Shown: piece by piece, positions 1-10,224 of the stretch | Position numbering within the stretch: position 1 is the first letter of the stretch | Layout of the letters: each line of letters begins with the position of its first letter | Assembly (NCBI GenBank): GCA_963833985.1 | Contig: CAWIAD010000002.1 | Coordinates: 4,000,001-4,064,000, forward strand | Source of the DNA: an uncultured Planctomycetaceae bacterium | Lineage (GTDB): Bacteria; Planctomycetota; Planctomycetia; Isosphaerales; Isosphaeraceae | Direction of reading: 5' to 3' | Length of the DNA: 64,000 nucleotides | The notes under the pieces: generated by a model | What the model was told of the DNA's origin: nothing | Seen by the model: the letters and a program-made list of their open reading frames with translations, nothing else | Databases searched by the model: none | Made by a program: the position numbers and the translations under genes

Positions 1-397
1 TGCGATAACATGGCCGCCCAGGTCATGAAGGAAGGCAAGGTGCAGAAGGTGGTGGTGGGAGCAGACCGGATCGCGGCCAACGGCGACACGGCCAACAAGA
101 TCGGCACTTACGGCGTGGCCCTGCTGGCCAGCGCGCCACGGCATCCCATTCTACGTCGCCGCTCCGTCGAGCACCTTTGACCTGTCCATTCCGGACGGAT
201 CCGCGATCCCGATTGAACAGCGCGAGTCGCACGAGGTGACCCACGGCTTCGGCCGGCAGACGGCACCCACCGGCGTGGACGTGTACAACCCTGCCTTCGA
301 TGTCACTCCGGCAAGGCTGATTGCCGGCATCATCACCGAGAAAGGCGTGATCCGCCCTGTGAACCAGGAAACCATCCGGGAAGTGATCGGGACTTGA
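1..397 (+). CDS. mtnA: S-methyl-5-thioribose-1-phosphate isomerase, C-terminal part (runs off window start; 1-bp frameshift near 135)
   Basis: Manual translation: [37 protein letters not shown], then in the next frame [15 protein letters not shown]...[22 protein letters not shown] at 395-397. These are MtnA/eIF2B-family motifs. Missed by the ORF track. Confidence 0.9.
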
Positions 398-423
398 AAG
401 ACCGCGATTTGAAGAGGCAAGTC

Positions 424-735
424 ATGCTGGCCCATTCCTGTTACTTTTCGCTGCACGACAATTCCCCGGCCGCCGTCAAGAAACTGGTGGACGACTGCAA
501 GAAGTATTTGCCGAACCATGAGGGCGTACTGCATTTCGCCGTGGGTACGCTCAACCCCGACCTCGACCGCCCGGTGAACGACCGCGACTTCGACGTCGCC
601 CTGTTCATGATCTTCGACTCCAGGGAATCGCACGACGCTTACCAGGTGGCACCGAAGCACCAGGACTTCATCCACCAGAACAAGCCAAACTGGCACATCG
701 TGCGCGTATTCGACGCCGACGTGGAATCCCGTTGA
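424..735 (+). CDS. Dabb family (stress-responsive A/B barrel) protein
   Basis: MLAHSCYFSL...FDVALFMIFDSRESHDAYQVAPKHQDFI...VRVFD pattern; ATG 424 preferred over TTG 394. Confidence 0.85.
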   Translation: MLAHSCYFSLHDNSPAAVKKLVDDCKKYLPNHEGVLHFAVGTLNPDLDRPVNDRDFDVALFMIFDSRESHDAYQVAPKHQDFIHQNKPNWHIVRVFDADVESR

Positions 736-856
736 ACGGCCCACGCACCGAATAGCGTTTTCTTTTCAAGTTGCGTTGCTGGTGTGCCGATGACGGAAGA
801 GAGGCGTCTGCTTCTCGAACCAGCGTGCGCTCGGGATGGCGATTGTGGGAGCGTGC

Positions 857-1937
857 ATGAACCTCGCCGTGCAGCGAGTTCGACATCTTCCTTGGGCTGG
901 ACCGGCCGATCTTCGCCGGCGGGGCCGGTTGCTCCCCGCTCTGGAGCCGCTCGAGTCCAGGATCGCGCTCAGTTCGCTTTTCCAGGGACCCGTCGCCAGC
1001 CTCACGAGCCTCTGCTGCGATCAAGCCAGGCACGGCCGGCAACAGCTCCGCCCAGGTCGGGCCGCATACCCCCAAGGCTCAAAAATCGCCAGACCCTTCC
1101 GAGGTCGCTGCGGCGAGCAGGGCCACGAGCTCGGACCCGGAAGCCGAGAAGCCGACCGACACCGGGGGCTCGGAGGATTCCGCCGCGCTTCCTGATCTCG
1201 CGGTCCCCACGCTCAGCCAGATGTCCATGCTTGCCGCCGAGAACGGGCTGCCCGCCCCGCAGAGCCTGAGCCAGGCGCAGGCGATGATGTCCGGCCTGCT
1301 GGCGCAGCTTGCCGGGGCCCTCACCGCGGGGAGCCTGACGGACGAACTGCCGACGGCCGCAAGTCCCTCGACCAGCAGTGTCCATCAACCAGCGGGCCCG
1401 TACCTGTCCACCTTCTATGCCGCGGGAAATCACGGCTACGAGTATCCCGCCACGTTCCGGTCCCTGGTTCTCTCGCATCCCTCTCACTCCGACGGGGCGC
1501 AGGCGAACCTCGCAGGCGAGCAGCTCATGGACGGCCAGGATGCCGTGCTTGCCGCCAGCGAGGCTCAAGACCTGGCCCGGGAGGGGACCTTGCCGTTTCC
1601 GGAGCCACGGCTCGTGCTCGCTGTGGACGCACCGGGCGGACCGCCAGTCGCCTGGGGTTCCTGGGCGCAGAGCGGCGCTGGGCTTGACGGTGAAAGCCTC
1701 CCGGCGGACGAGGTCCTTGCCGGCCCGCGGCCCACGATGATCTCGGCCATGCGTCCCGCGGGGGCGAGGCCGGGTGAACCCTTGCCGGCCGACCTCCAGG
1801 TGAATGTGCGGGTCATCGCCGCGCTCGCGGCCGGGCTGGTCTTGCCGAATGTCCTGCTGATCGGCTCGGGCGTTGCCCGCAGGCGGGCGCTGGCGGCCCA
1901 TGCGGACCTGGCCACGCAGCCGCAGCTGCCTAAATAG
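857..1937 (+). CDS. Planctomycete LEPR-XLL-like surface protein with C-terminal membrane anchor (frameshift near 1010)
   Basis: RRRGRLLPALEPLESRIALS in ORF 836..1195; the frame of ORF 1221..1937 is open back to about 1010; ends with hydrophobic VRVIAALAAGLVLPNVLLIG followed by RRR. Confidence 0.55.
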
Positions 1938-2081
1938 CTCCCCGTAAGAGGGAAAGTGTGGAACGGCCGCCCTCGGCCGTCCTGAGCGCAGGCGCAGCTG
2001 CCTAAATAGCTCCCCGTAAGAGGGAAAGTGTGGAACGGCCGCCCTCGGCCGTCCTGAGCCAGCCGAGGGCGGCTGGCCCAC
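1921..2081. repeat. 72-bp tandem duplication carrying a REP-like inverted repeat between convergent genes
   Basis: CGCAGCTGCCTAAATAGCTCCCCGTAAGAGGGAAAGTGTGGAACGGCCGCCCTCGGCCGTCCTGAGC starts at 1921 and 1993; GCCGCCCTCGGC pairs with the downstream GCCGAGGGCGGC. Confidence 0.85.
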
Positions 2082-2103
2082 ATTCCAAGAGGCGAGGGTT
2101 TAT

Positions 2104-3141
2104 TTAGCGACTGACACCGGAGCGCCCCACAGCAGGCCGGGTCGCCGCGGAGGGCGCCTCGTTTGGCCTCGGTGTGTTCGGCAGCCGCGCTGCGTGATCG
2201 AAGATCTCCACCTCGACACGCTGCCCCAGCTTCAGCGAGGTCTGCGCGAGGAACGCAATCCGCACCGGCAAGACACGGCTGTCGGTGGGCCGGCCTGGAT
2301 CCTCAGGGCGAATCCGCCTGCCGGTGACGATGTCGGCCACCTCCTCCAGGACGCCCGGCCACGACTTCCCTTGATAGCCTTCCGCCGCGATGGTCACCGC
2401 GGATCCCGGGGCACAGTGGCTGATATCGTACTCGTCGACCTCGGCCTCGATGCGCAGCTTGTGCAGGTCCACGATCTTCACCAGCGGCGTGCCCACGTTG
2501 AGCGTCTCACCGGGGTGCGCCATGCGGGTGACGACGACCCCGTCGATCGGGGCCATGATGCGGGTCTTGGCCAGCATGGCATCCAGCCTCTTGACCATGG
2601 CCAGGGCGGCCGCACGGCGGCTGCGGGCGATGCTCAGCCGCGAGACGATGCGCTCTCGTTCCTCGTCGGTTCCCGCCTGCCGCACGATCAACCGGTCCAC
2701 ACGGGCCAGTTCTTTCTGCTGATGCTCCAGCTCGGTGCTGGCTTCCGCGACCCGCGCAAGCGACTCGTCGAGCGAGGCCCTGAGCTCGTCGCATTTGAAC
2801 TCCACCAGCGGATCTCCCCTTCGCACCGTGGATTTCTCCTGGACCAGCACCCGGATGATGGTGCCCGCGGTCTCGGCACCGACGATGATCTCGGCGCCTG
2901 GATAGGCGACGACCCGGCCTTCGGCCATGATTCCCGGCCGGGCGGCCCGCTTCGGGGCGGCAGGCTGGGCGAGCGGCTCGCCTGGCGGCGTTTCGTTGCC
3001 CATCCAGTGCAGCACACCGCGCATCGACGCTGGACCCAGCTCGATTGATCCGGTGCGGGCCACCTGCCAGACCAGCAAGGCCGCAAGGGCAAGCCCGCTG
3101 ACCGGCAAGACGACGCGGCCGAAGAACATGGACAGCGACAT
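2104..3141 (-). CDS. Efflux periplasmic adaptor (HlyD/DevB-like membrane fusion protein)
   Basis: N-terminal TM segment, lipoyl-like half motifs GTIIRVLVQEKSTVRRGDPLV and APIDGVV, coiled-coil hairpin, EAEVDEYDI. Confidence 0.9.
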   Translation of the reverse strand: MSLSMFFGRVVLPVSGLALAALLVWQVARTGSIELGPASMRGVLHWMGNETPPGEPLAQPAAPKRAARPGIMAEGRVVAYPGAEIIVGAETAGTIIRVLVQEKSTVRRGDPLVEFKCDELRASLDESLARVAEASTELEHQQKELARVDRLIVRQAGTDEERERIVSRLSIARSRRAAALAMVKRLDAMLAKTRIMAPIDGVVVTRMAHPGETLNVGTPLVKIVDLHKLRIEAEVDEYDISHCAPGSAVTIAAEGYQGKSWPGVLEEVADIVTGRRIRPEDPGRPTDSRVLPVRIAFLAQTSLKLGQRVEVEIFDHAARLPNTPRPNEAPSAATRPAVGRSGVSR

Positions 3142-3144
3142 GAC

Positions 3145-3824
<680 letters not shown>

Positions 3825-3854
3825 CCCAGGGCCTCCTGTGATTCGTCCCTCTGC

Positions 3855-4982
3855 TCAGCCACGGAAGACGACGGCCGGGTCCAGCCCCGCGATCTTGCGG
3901 AACGACAGGCCGGAAGCCGCCAGGCAGAGCACCTGGGTTCCCAGGAAGACCAGGACGCTCACTGTCGGCGTGACCATCAATTTCATGTCCATGCGAAGCA
4001 GGATCGGTTCCATCCCCAGCGTGAGCGCCAGGCCCAGCAGGAAGCCGAGAAACGCGGCGAACATCGCCTGCTCGCCGATGAGCACGTAGACATCGCGATT
4101 CCGCCCTCCCAGGGCCTTGATGGTGCCGAACTCCGGCAGGTGCTCGGTGGTCGAGGCGTAGAGGGTCTGGGCCACGATCACAATTCCGACCAGAGCCCCC
4201 AGGAAGACGGTCAAGAAGATGGTCAGCCCCAGGCCCGTGCTCTCGATCCAGTAGCGCCGCGAGATCGCCTCCCAGTCCGCCCGGGTGTGCACGTCGTTGT
4301 ACGGCAGCTTGCGGCGGATCTCGGCGCAGACCTGTTGCAGGTTGGCTGACGGCTCCAGCTTGGCGATGACGAATGTCGTCCGCCCGTTCAGCTCGTCGGG
4401 AGAGAGCGTCTGGGCAAGCTGGTAATCGATGAAGGCCATGGGGTTGGTGGTGAACGAGCGGGCCTCGCTGGTGCGGCCGATGATCTTCAGGCGGTGGCCC
4501 TGGAATTCGCGGTACTCGCCCATCTGGAACGGGCCGAACCGGCGCTCGGCGGACTCGTCGAGCATGACGTAGCGGCCCCGGCGGAGATTGGCCGAGCTAC
4601 CTTCCACGACCTTCCAGGGAAACCCCCAGCGCTCGAAGTTCTCCAGGCCGTAATAGATGACCGACTCCTTCGCACCGGTGGGCAGAGCCACCACGGCGTA
4701 CCAGACAATCAGGTTATCCGCACGGGCGACACCGGGGATCGACCGCACGCGCTGCACGTACGTCTCGGGGAACGGATTGGCGAAGTCCACGTTGGGCGTG
4801 TTCCGGGCCGTCACCCAGATGTCCGCGTCCAGCTTCTCGATGGTGATGCTGGCGTTTTCCAGGAGCCCGAAAAAGAGCCCCACCTGGATGAGCACGAGCG
4901 CCACGGCGAAGCCCACGCCCAGCACGGTGGCGAGGAACCGCGTCTTGTCGTCCAGCAGCATCTTGAAGGCAAGGTCGATCAT
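3855..4982 (-). CDS. ABC transporter permease (FtsX/DevC-like)
   Basis: One N-terminal TM, large periplasmic loop, three C-terminal TMs, EFGTIKALG, terminal LDPAVVFRG. Confidence 0.9.
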   Translation of the reverse strand: MIDLAFKMLLDDKTRFLATVLGVGFAVALVLIQVGLFFGLLENASITIEKLDADIWVTARNTPNVDFANPFPETYVQRVRSIPGVARADNLIVWYAVVALPTGAKESVIYYGLENFERWGFPWKVVEGSSANLRRGRYVMLDESAERRFGPFQMGEYREFQGHRLKIIGRTSEARSFTTNPMAFIDYQLAQTLSPDELNGRTTFVIAKLEPSANLQQVCAEIRRKLPYNDVHTRADWEAISRRYWIESTGLGLTIFLTVFLGALVGIVIVAQTLYASTTEHLPEFGTIKALGGRNRDVYVLIGEQAMFAAFLGFLLGLALTLGMEPILLRMDMKLMVTPTVSVLVFLGTQVLCLAASGLSFRKIAGLDPAVVFRG

Positions 4983-4988
4983 GGGGCT

Positions 4989-5795
4989 TCACCTCTGGGC
5001 GACGACCCGAGCGACCAGGCCATCGGGCAGGTGCACCAGCAGCTTCATGAGCAACGCCATTGGCCAGGGAAAGCTGACCATTCCCGACCTGCGGCGCACG
5101 ATCAGCCGGGCGATGCGCCGGGCGGCGGAGGCTGCCGAGATCTGAAACGGCGCCGCCGTCTCCATGGGAACCATGGGCGTATCCACGAACCCGGGGCAGA
5201 CCGTCGTCACGGCGATGCCCGTATCGCGCAAGGCAATCCGCAACCCTTCCATGAAAACGTTCACCGCCGCCTTGCTGGCGCAGTAGGCGGATTCGCCGGG
5301 AATCCCCTTGAACGAGGCCATGCTGCTGACAGCGACGATCTGGCCCCGCTGACGCTTCAGCAAACCCGGCAAGACGGCCTCGATCGCGTAAATCACTCCC
5401 ATCAGGTTGACGCGAAAGGTCTCCTCGATGCCGTCCATGTTCAGGGGGTCATGGCACGTGGGCACGCCCACGCCGGCATTGGCCACCAGCACATCCACCG
5501 GCCCCGCGGCCGCTTCCAGCTCGTGCAGCGCGGCGTGCAGCCGCGGGCGGTCGCTCACATCGGTCATCACCGGGTAGGCGGCCCCCCCCCGCGATTGGAT
5601 CTCCCGGGCGAGCACTTCCAGAAGGGGCAGGCGGCGAGCCACCAGACCGACCCGGTAGCCCCTGGCGGCCAGCTCCAGCGCCAGCGCGCGGCCGATGCCG
5701 CTGGAGGCGCCCGTGACCACGGCGACTCCGCGGGACGGGTCTTTCATGGGCTTGCTTGGCCGATGGCCGTTGATCGGCTGCGAGGGTTCAGGCAT
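4989..5795 (-). CDS. Short-chain dehydrogenase/reductase (SDR)
   Basis: TGASSGIG, ANAG, catalytic S...YCASK, PGFVDT; start trimmed to ATG 5795. Confidence 0.9.
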   Translation of the reverse strand: MPEPSQPINGHRPSKPMKDPSRGVAVVTGASSGIGRALALELAARGYRVGLVARRLPLLEVLAREIQSRGGAAYPVMTDVSDRPRLHAALHELEAAAGPVDVLVANAGVGVPTCHDPLNMDGIEETFRVNLMGVIYAIEAVLPGLLKRQRGQIVAVSSMASFKGIPGESAYCASKAAVNVFMEGLRIALRDTGIAVTTVCPGFVDTPMVPMETAAPFQISAASAARRIARLIVRRRSGMVSFPWPMALLMKLLVHLPDGLVARVVAQR

Positions 5796-5854
5796 GGAAG
5801 GTTCCACGACGAAGTCGAGCGCCCAGCGCGGCCGGGCCTCACTTCGACACCGCG

Positions 5855-7066
5855 CTAGATGGCCCGGAGCACAAGGCAGGTGTTGCTGCCGCCGAAGCCA
5901 AAGGAATTCGACACGGCAATCTCCACCGGATGCGGCCTGGCTTCCCTGGCCACCAGGTTCAGATCCACTTCCGGGTCGTCGAGATTGATCGTCGGCGGGA
6001 TGGCGCCGTGACGCATGGCCGTCAGGCAAGCGAGCGCCTCGATGGCTCCCGCGGCGGTGAGCAGGTGGCCCGTCATGCTCTTGGTCGAGGTCACGGGAAT
6101 CTGCTGGAGCGCCTCGCCAAAGACCAGTCTGAGCACCTCGGCCTCGGTGGCATCGCCGACCGGGGTGCTGGTGGCGTGCGCGTTGATGTGGTCCACCTGC
6201 TCGATCGCCACGCCGGCATCGTCCAGGGCCTGGCGCACGGCGGATGCCGCGGGTCTGGGGTCCGGGCTGGGTATGACGTGATGATGGGCATCGCTGCTGG
6301 CTCCGCAGCCGGCCACCTCTCCGTAGGCCCTGGCCGACCTGCGGCGCGCCGATCCCGCGCGCTCCAGCACGAACGCCACGCCCCCTTCACCGAGCACGAA
6401 CCCGTCCCGACCTCGGTCAAAGGGCCGCGAGGCGCCCTGGGGATCGTGGTTGCGCCGGGACAGTGCCCGGAGGTTGCCGAACGTCGCCAGGCCAACCGGT
6501 GTCACGGCCATCTCGCAGCCGCCGGCCACGCACAGGTCCACCAGGCCTCGCCGCAGCCAGGTCCGGCCAATCTGGAATGCATAGTTGCTGGAGGCACAGG
6601 CCGCCGAGAGTGTCAGCGACGGTCCCGACAGGCGGCAGGCGCGCTGCACTCGCTCCAGGGTTGACTCCTCGTCCTGCTCAGGGTCGTCCACGCGGTTTCC
6701 GCCGCGTTCCGCATCGGATTCCCAGACCTGCATCCATTCAGCGCCGAAGCCCAGAACCAGGCCGATTCGCAAGTCGTCTCGCTCGTCCCAGAGGCCGGCG
6801 TCGCGCAGGGCCGACTCGACACACCAGCAGGCGGCCTGCTCCAGCCGCGGCCAGGCGCCAAATGCCGCGGGATCCTGTCCGGGCGGGCAGGGAACCCGGG
6901 CGATCCGCGCGGCGATGCGGCTCGGGTAGTCATCGGTGGGAAAGGCATTCACCTGGGCGATGCCCGAGCGGCCCGCGAGCAGGTTTTCTTCCAGCGTCAG
7001 GGGGTCGGAGCCGAGCGTGGTCGTGAGCCCGACGCCGGTGATCCAGACGGGTGGCCCGGCCTTCAT
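5855..7066 (-). CDS. Beta-ketoacyl-ACP synthase (FabF-like ketosynthase)
   Basis: VWITGVG start, SAACASS (catalytic Cys), NAHATST, KSMTGHLL, SNSFGFGG; GGAGGA ribosome-binding site just upstream of ATG 7066. Confidence 0.9.
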   Translation of the reverse strand: MKAGPPVWITGVGLTTTLGSDPLTLEENLLAGRSGIAQVNAFPTDDYPSRIAARIARVPCPPGQDPAAFGAWPRLEQAACWCVESALRDAGLWDERDDLRIGLVLGFGAEWMQVWESDAERGGNRVDDPEQDEESTLERVQRACRLSGPSLTLSAACASSNYAFQIGRTWLRRGLVDLCVAGGCEMAVTPVGLATFGNLRALSRRNHDPQGASRPFDRGRDGFVLGEGGVAFVLERAGSARRRSARAYGEVAGCGASSDAHHHVIPSPDPRPAASAVRQALDDAGVAIEQVDHINAHATSTPVGDATEAEVLRLVFGEALQQIPVTSTKSMTGHLLTAAGAIEALACLTAMRHGAIPPTINLDDPEVDLNLVAREARPHPVEIAVSNSFGFGGSNTCLVLRAI

Positions 7067-8023
7067 CGTGGTTCCTCCAGGTTCTCTACCTGGTGCTCGG
7101 AAAGCACCTCGATGCAAACCCGTCCCGTGGCGTCCGTGCCCACGGGATGCCCGCCCGGTCTCGTCCGACGCATCCGAGCGAGGTGGGGCCCCGAGAACGC
7201 CGCGGAGGCGTGTGCGGCGTGGTGAATGGTGCGGAATCCGGACGGTCCCCGCGCGGGGTTTCATGGGTGCATCCGTCAGCCGGCGGGCCAGTGCCCCGAG
7301 ATCGAGGGGACGGGGCTCGGCGCTCTGCCGGTTCACCCGCAGGTTCAGCCTGGGGCGCCCTGACTCCGAACCCGGCATGGCCGGGACCAGACCCAGGGCG
7401 ATCGCCTGGCACTCCGTGGCGACGCGGGGCTGGCCGTCGTCGTCGGGCTCCAGTTCCGGGGACCACCCGCTGGTCACGAACCAGACTCCCGGCACCACGC
7501 CGCTGACAAGCCACGACAGAGCCGTCAGCAACCCTTCCGTGGAGGCGAAGCGGCCTCCGCCTGTCCCCAGGTTTGGCCCATGGATGCGCAGGGCGAGGCT
7601 GAGCGTGCCCGCGGGCGAATGCAGCGCGTAGTGGGGGATCAGGTGCGGGGAAACGCCCCAGACACCCTCCGCGTGAAACCGCTTCAGTGCCTGTTGCAGG
7701 TGCGACCGTCCCAGGAAACGAGAGGCGGCCACGACCCCCCAGCGGTTCGAGAAGCTGTCATCCGTTTCCAGAAGATGGCCGACGGCTTGCTGGAGCGCGG
7801 TCAGTGCCACGACGGTTTGCTCGTCGGAATAGCGCAAGGCTGATGGCGCGATCAGCCCGGTGCCGTCGGGCAGCGTGCCGGGGTTGCGGCGCTGGGCGGC
7901 GATCTCGGATCGAGACATCTGGCAAAAACCGATGGCGGCGACATCCGCATGCAGGGCATGCAGGGCATGCCGGTCAAGGAGGTCAGCCTCCTGCCGGCGG
8001 GACTCCGTTCCGCTTTTCTGCAT
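7067..8023 (-). CDS. Ketosynthase N-terminal-like protein lacking the catalytic Cys (chain-length-factor-like); 3' end uncertain
   Basis: WGVSPHLIPHYALHSPAGTLSLALRIHGPNLGTGGG resembles the KS N-domain but has no Cys at the active-site position; currently reads in frame into the KS gene through a low-complexity linker. Confidence 0.65.
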
Positions 8024-8355
8024 CGTCGCGTGTACCTTTCCCTCGGGCGGGCGGACGGTCCACTGCCCCACGCGGATCCGACCGATTGACGCGATTGGGA
8101 TCACGGTCCTCCCGACTCTTCCGGGTGGGAGGACTGTAACCTTTCGATCGTCGATACTGATCGTGACTGTTTACGGTTTTTTCTATAAGTTGACCAGTCC
8201 GTTCTCTGACCTCCAGGTTCCGTGCTCGATTCTCCTTTCCGCGGCGAACGTCCGCACAGGACAGGGACCGGCTGGATCCGGAGGCCCGCGCACCGGACAC
8301 GAATCCGCCCCACTGGCAGCGATGAAACGCTGCGTCCTGGATCCGAGGAGTCTCC

Positions 8356-9675
8356 ATGAACGTTGAACTCCCCATCGACAAGCTTGCCCGCTCTCTTGGC
8401 CGCAACGCACTGGTGCGTCTCTGTACCGAGTTCGAGCAGGCTTTCCCCGAGGTCCATCTCAAGGACCTTGTCGTCGAGCAGGCCGGCCCGGGACGCACGA
8501 TCGTGGTGGCAGGGCGGCCGGTCGTGAACTTCGGCTCGGACAGCTTCCTGGGGCTGGACCGCGATCCGCGGGTACTCGCCGCCATCCGGCGGGGCCTGGA
8601 GCGGTGGGGGGCGCACAACGGAGCCTCGCGCGCCTTCGCCAGCGTCCAGTCGAACGTCGACGCCGAAAAAAGGCTTGCCGCCTGGATGGGCGCCGAATCC
8701 ACCTTGATCTATCCCTCGGTGACTCTGGCCAACCACGGCGCCATCCCGGGCCTTCTGGGCAAGCCGGACGTCGTCGTCCTGGACGAACTGGCCCATAACT
8801 CGATGCAGGAAGGCGCCAGGCTGGCGCGGGCGAATGGCACCCGCCTCGCCACGTTCTCGCACAACAGCGCCGAATCGCTCGAGCAGACGCTCAAGAAGCT
8901 GGCCCCGTACAACCTGGCCCTCATCTGTATCGACGGGGTCTACAGCATGAGCGGCGTGGTTCCGCCCATGGGCCGGTTCAACGAGATCGCACGCCGGTCC
9001 AGCGGCGTACTGTACATCGACGACGCCCACGGCACGGGAGTGCTTGGCGCCCTCGGGCGCGGTACGGTCCTGGAGGCCCTGGGAAGTTACGACAACGTCT
9101 TCGTCGTCGGTTCGCTGTCGAAGGCATTCTCCTGTGCGGGCGGCTTCATCGCCTGTCCGGCCGCGTTCCAGAAGCTGCTGAAGATCCGTTCAAACACCTA
9201 CATCTTTGGAGGGCCCGTCGTGCCGCCCTACCTGGATGCCGTCTGCACCGTGGTCGACATCCTCGAGTCCGACGAGTTCCCGACCTTGCGCAGCAGCCTC
9301 GACCGCCACATCCAGCGGCTCACGGCGGGTCTGAAGGCGCTCGATCTCGTCGTCACGGGCGGGGCAACTCCCATCATCTCCGTACTCGTCGGCGACGAGG
9401 CGGATACCCTGCGCGCCGGGAAGCTGCTCTTCGATGACGGCTACTACGTTCAGTCGGTGCTCTTTCCCGCCGTCCCCTACCACGGCGGCATTCTGCGCAT
9501 CCAGTGCAACGCCAATCACACCGACGAGGCCATCGAGGGGCTGGTGGCGGCCTTCGCCAGGCTCAAGCAAGCGCTCCGCTTGCCCACGGAAACCGGCAGG
9601 GCGAGCGATGTCTCGGTGCTCGCCAGGCTGGTGCAAAAGGGCCAGTCCTATCTCCTGGGCAGGGCCGCCGGCTGA
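8356..9675 (+). CDS. PLP-dependent alpha-oxoamine synthase (serine palmitoyltransferase/BioF/Kbl family)
   Basis: NFGSDSFLGL, DELAHNS, DGVYSMSG, IDDAHGTG, GSLSKAF (PLP lysine). Confidence 0.9.
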   Translation: MNVELPIDKLARSLGRNALVRLCTEFEQAFPEVHLKDLVVEQAGPGRTIVVAGRPVVNFGSDSFLGLDRDPRVLAAIRRGLERWGAHNGASRAFASVQSNVDAEKRLAAWMGAESTLIYPSVTLANHGAIPGLLGKPDVVVLDELAHNSMQEGARLARANGTRLATFSHNSAESLEQTLKKLAPYNLALICIDGVYSMSGVVPPMGRFNEIARRSSGVLYIDDAHGTGVLGALGRGTVLEALGSYDNVFVVGSLSKAFSCAGGFIACPAAFQKLLKIRSNTYIFGGPVVPPYLDAVCTVVDILESDEFPTLRSSLDRHIQRLTAGLKALDLVVTGGATPIISVLVGDEADTLRAGKLLFDDGYYVQSVLFPAVPYHGGILRIQCNANHTDEAIEGLVAAFARLKQALRLPTETGRASDVSVLARLVQKGQSYLLGRAAG

Positions 9676-9764
9676 CCCGGCAAGCGGCTGACCCGGCAAG
9701 CGGAGCGCTCGAGCGCCCGGGATGGGTCGGACGGACCAGATCCCGGGCGGCACGGTGTCTGCCC

Positions 9765-10064
9765 TCAGGCCGCCTCGGCCTCGGCGGGGGGAGCCAGCAC
9801 GGACGCCTGTGCGGCAGCGGCCTGCACCTTGGCGTGGATGAGATCCAGAAGCTGGCCGACCACCTTCACTTCCATCAGCTCTTCCATGGTCAAGCGGATC
9901 CGGAATTGCCGCTCCACGCGCATCACCAGGCCAACGACGTCAACCGAGTCGAGGCCCAGACCCTCGCGCAGCTCGGCGGAGTCATCCTGGAGCGAATAGC
10001 TTTCACCCATCTCCTCTTCGAGCAGATTCACCAGAACCGTTCTCAGCTCTTCGCGATCCATCAT
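9765..10064 (-). CDS. Acyl carrier protein
   Basis: Small acidic protein with LREGLGLDSVD phosphopantetheine site. Confidence 0.9.
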   Translation of the reverse strand: MMDREELRTVLVNLLEEEMGESYSLQDDSAELREGLGLDSVDVVGLVMRVERQFRIRLTMEELMEVKVVGQLLDLIHAKVQAAAAQASVLAPPAEAEAA

Positions 10065-10224
10065 TGATCCACTCCTGTCTCATCGCCAGGCGGGTCGCGC
10101 GCGGGGACCGGGCGACCTTGACCCTTGTCCGGCATCCCTGCTTGGACGAAACTCACGGCGAGCCGGCACACTATAACGATTCTCGCAATCCGATCAATTC
10201 AATTCGCCTGCACGGAACCGCAAC

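Noticed and set aside
8356..9675. Calling this gene bioF
   Set aside because: No other biotin genes nearby; ACP/KS/SDR context suggests a different acyl substrate, and family members cannot be separated by eye.
9672..9703. Short tandem duplications (16 bp here, 10 bp near 14975, 21 bp near 30945)
   Set aside because: Isolated two- or three-copy slippage products with no evident function.
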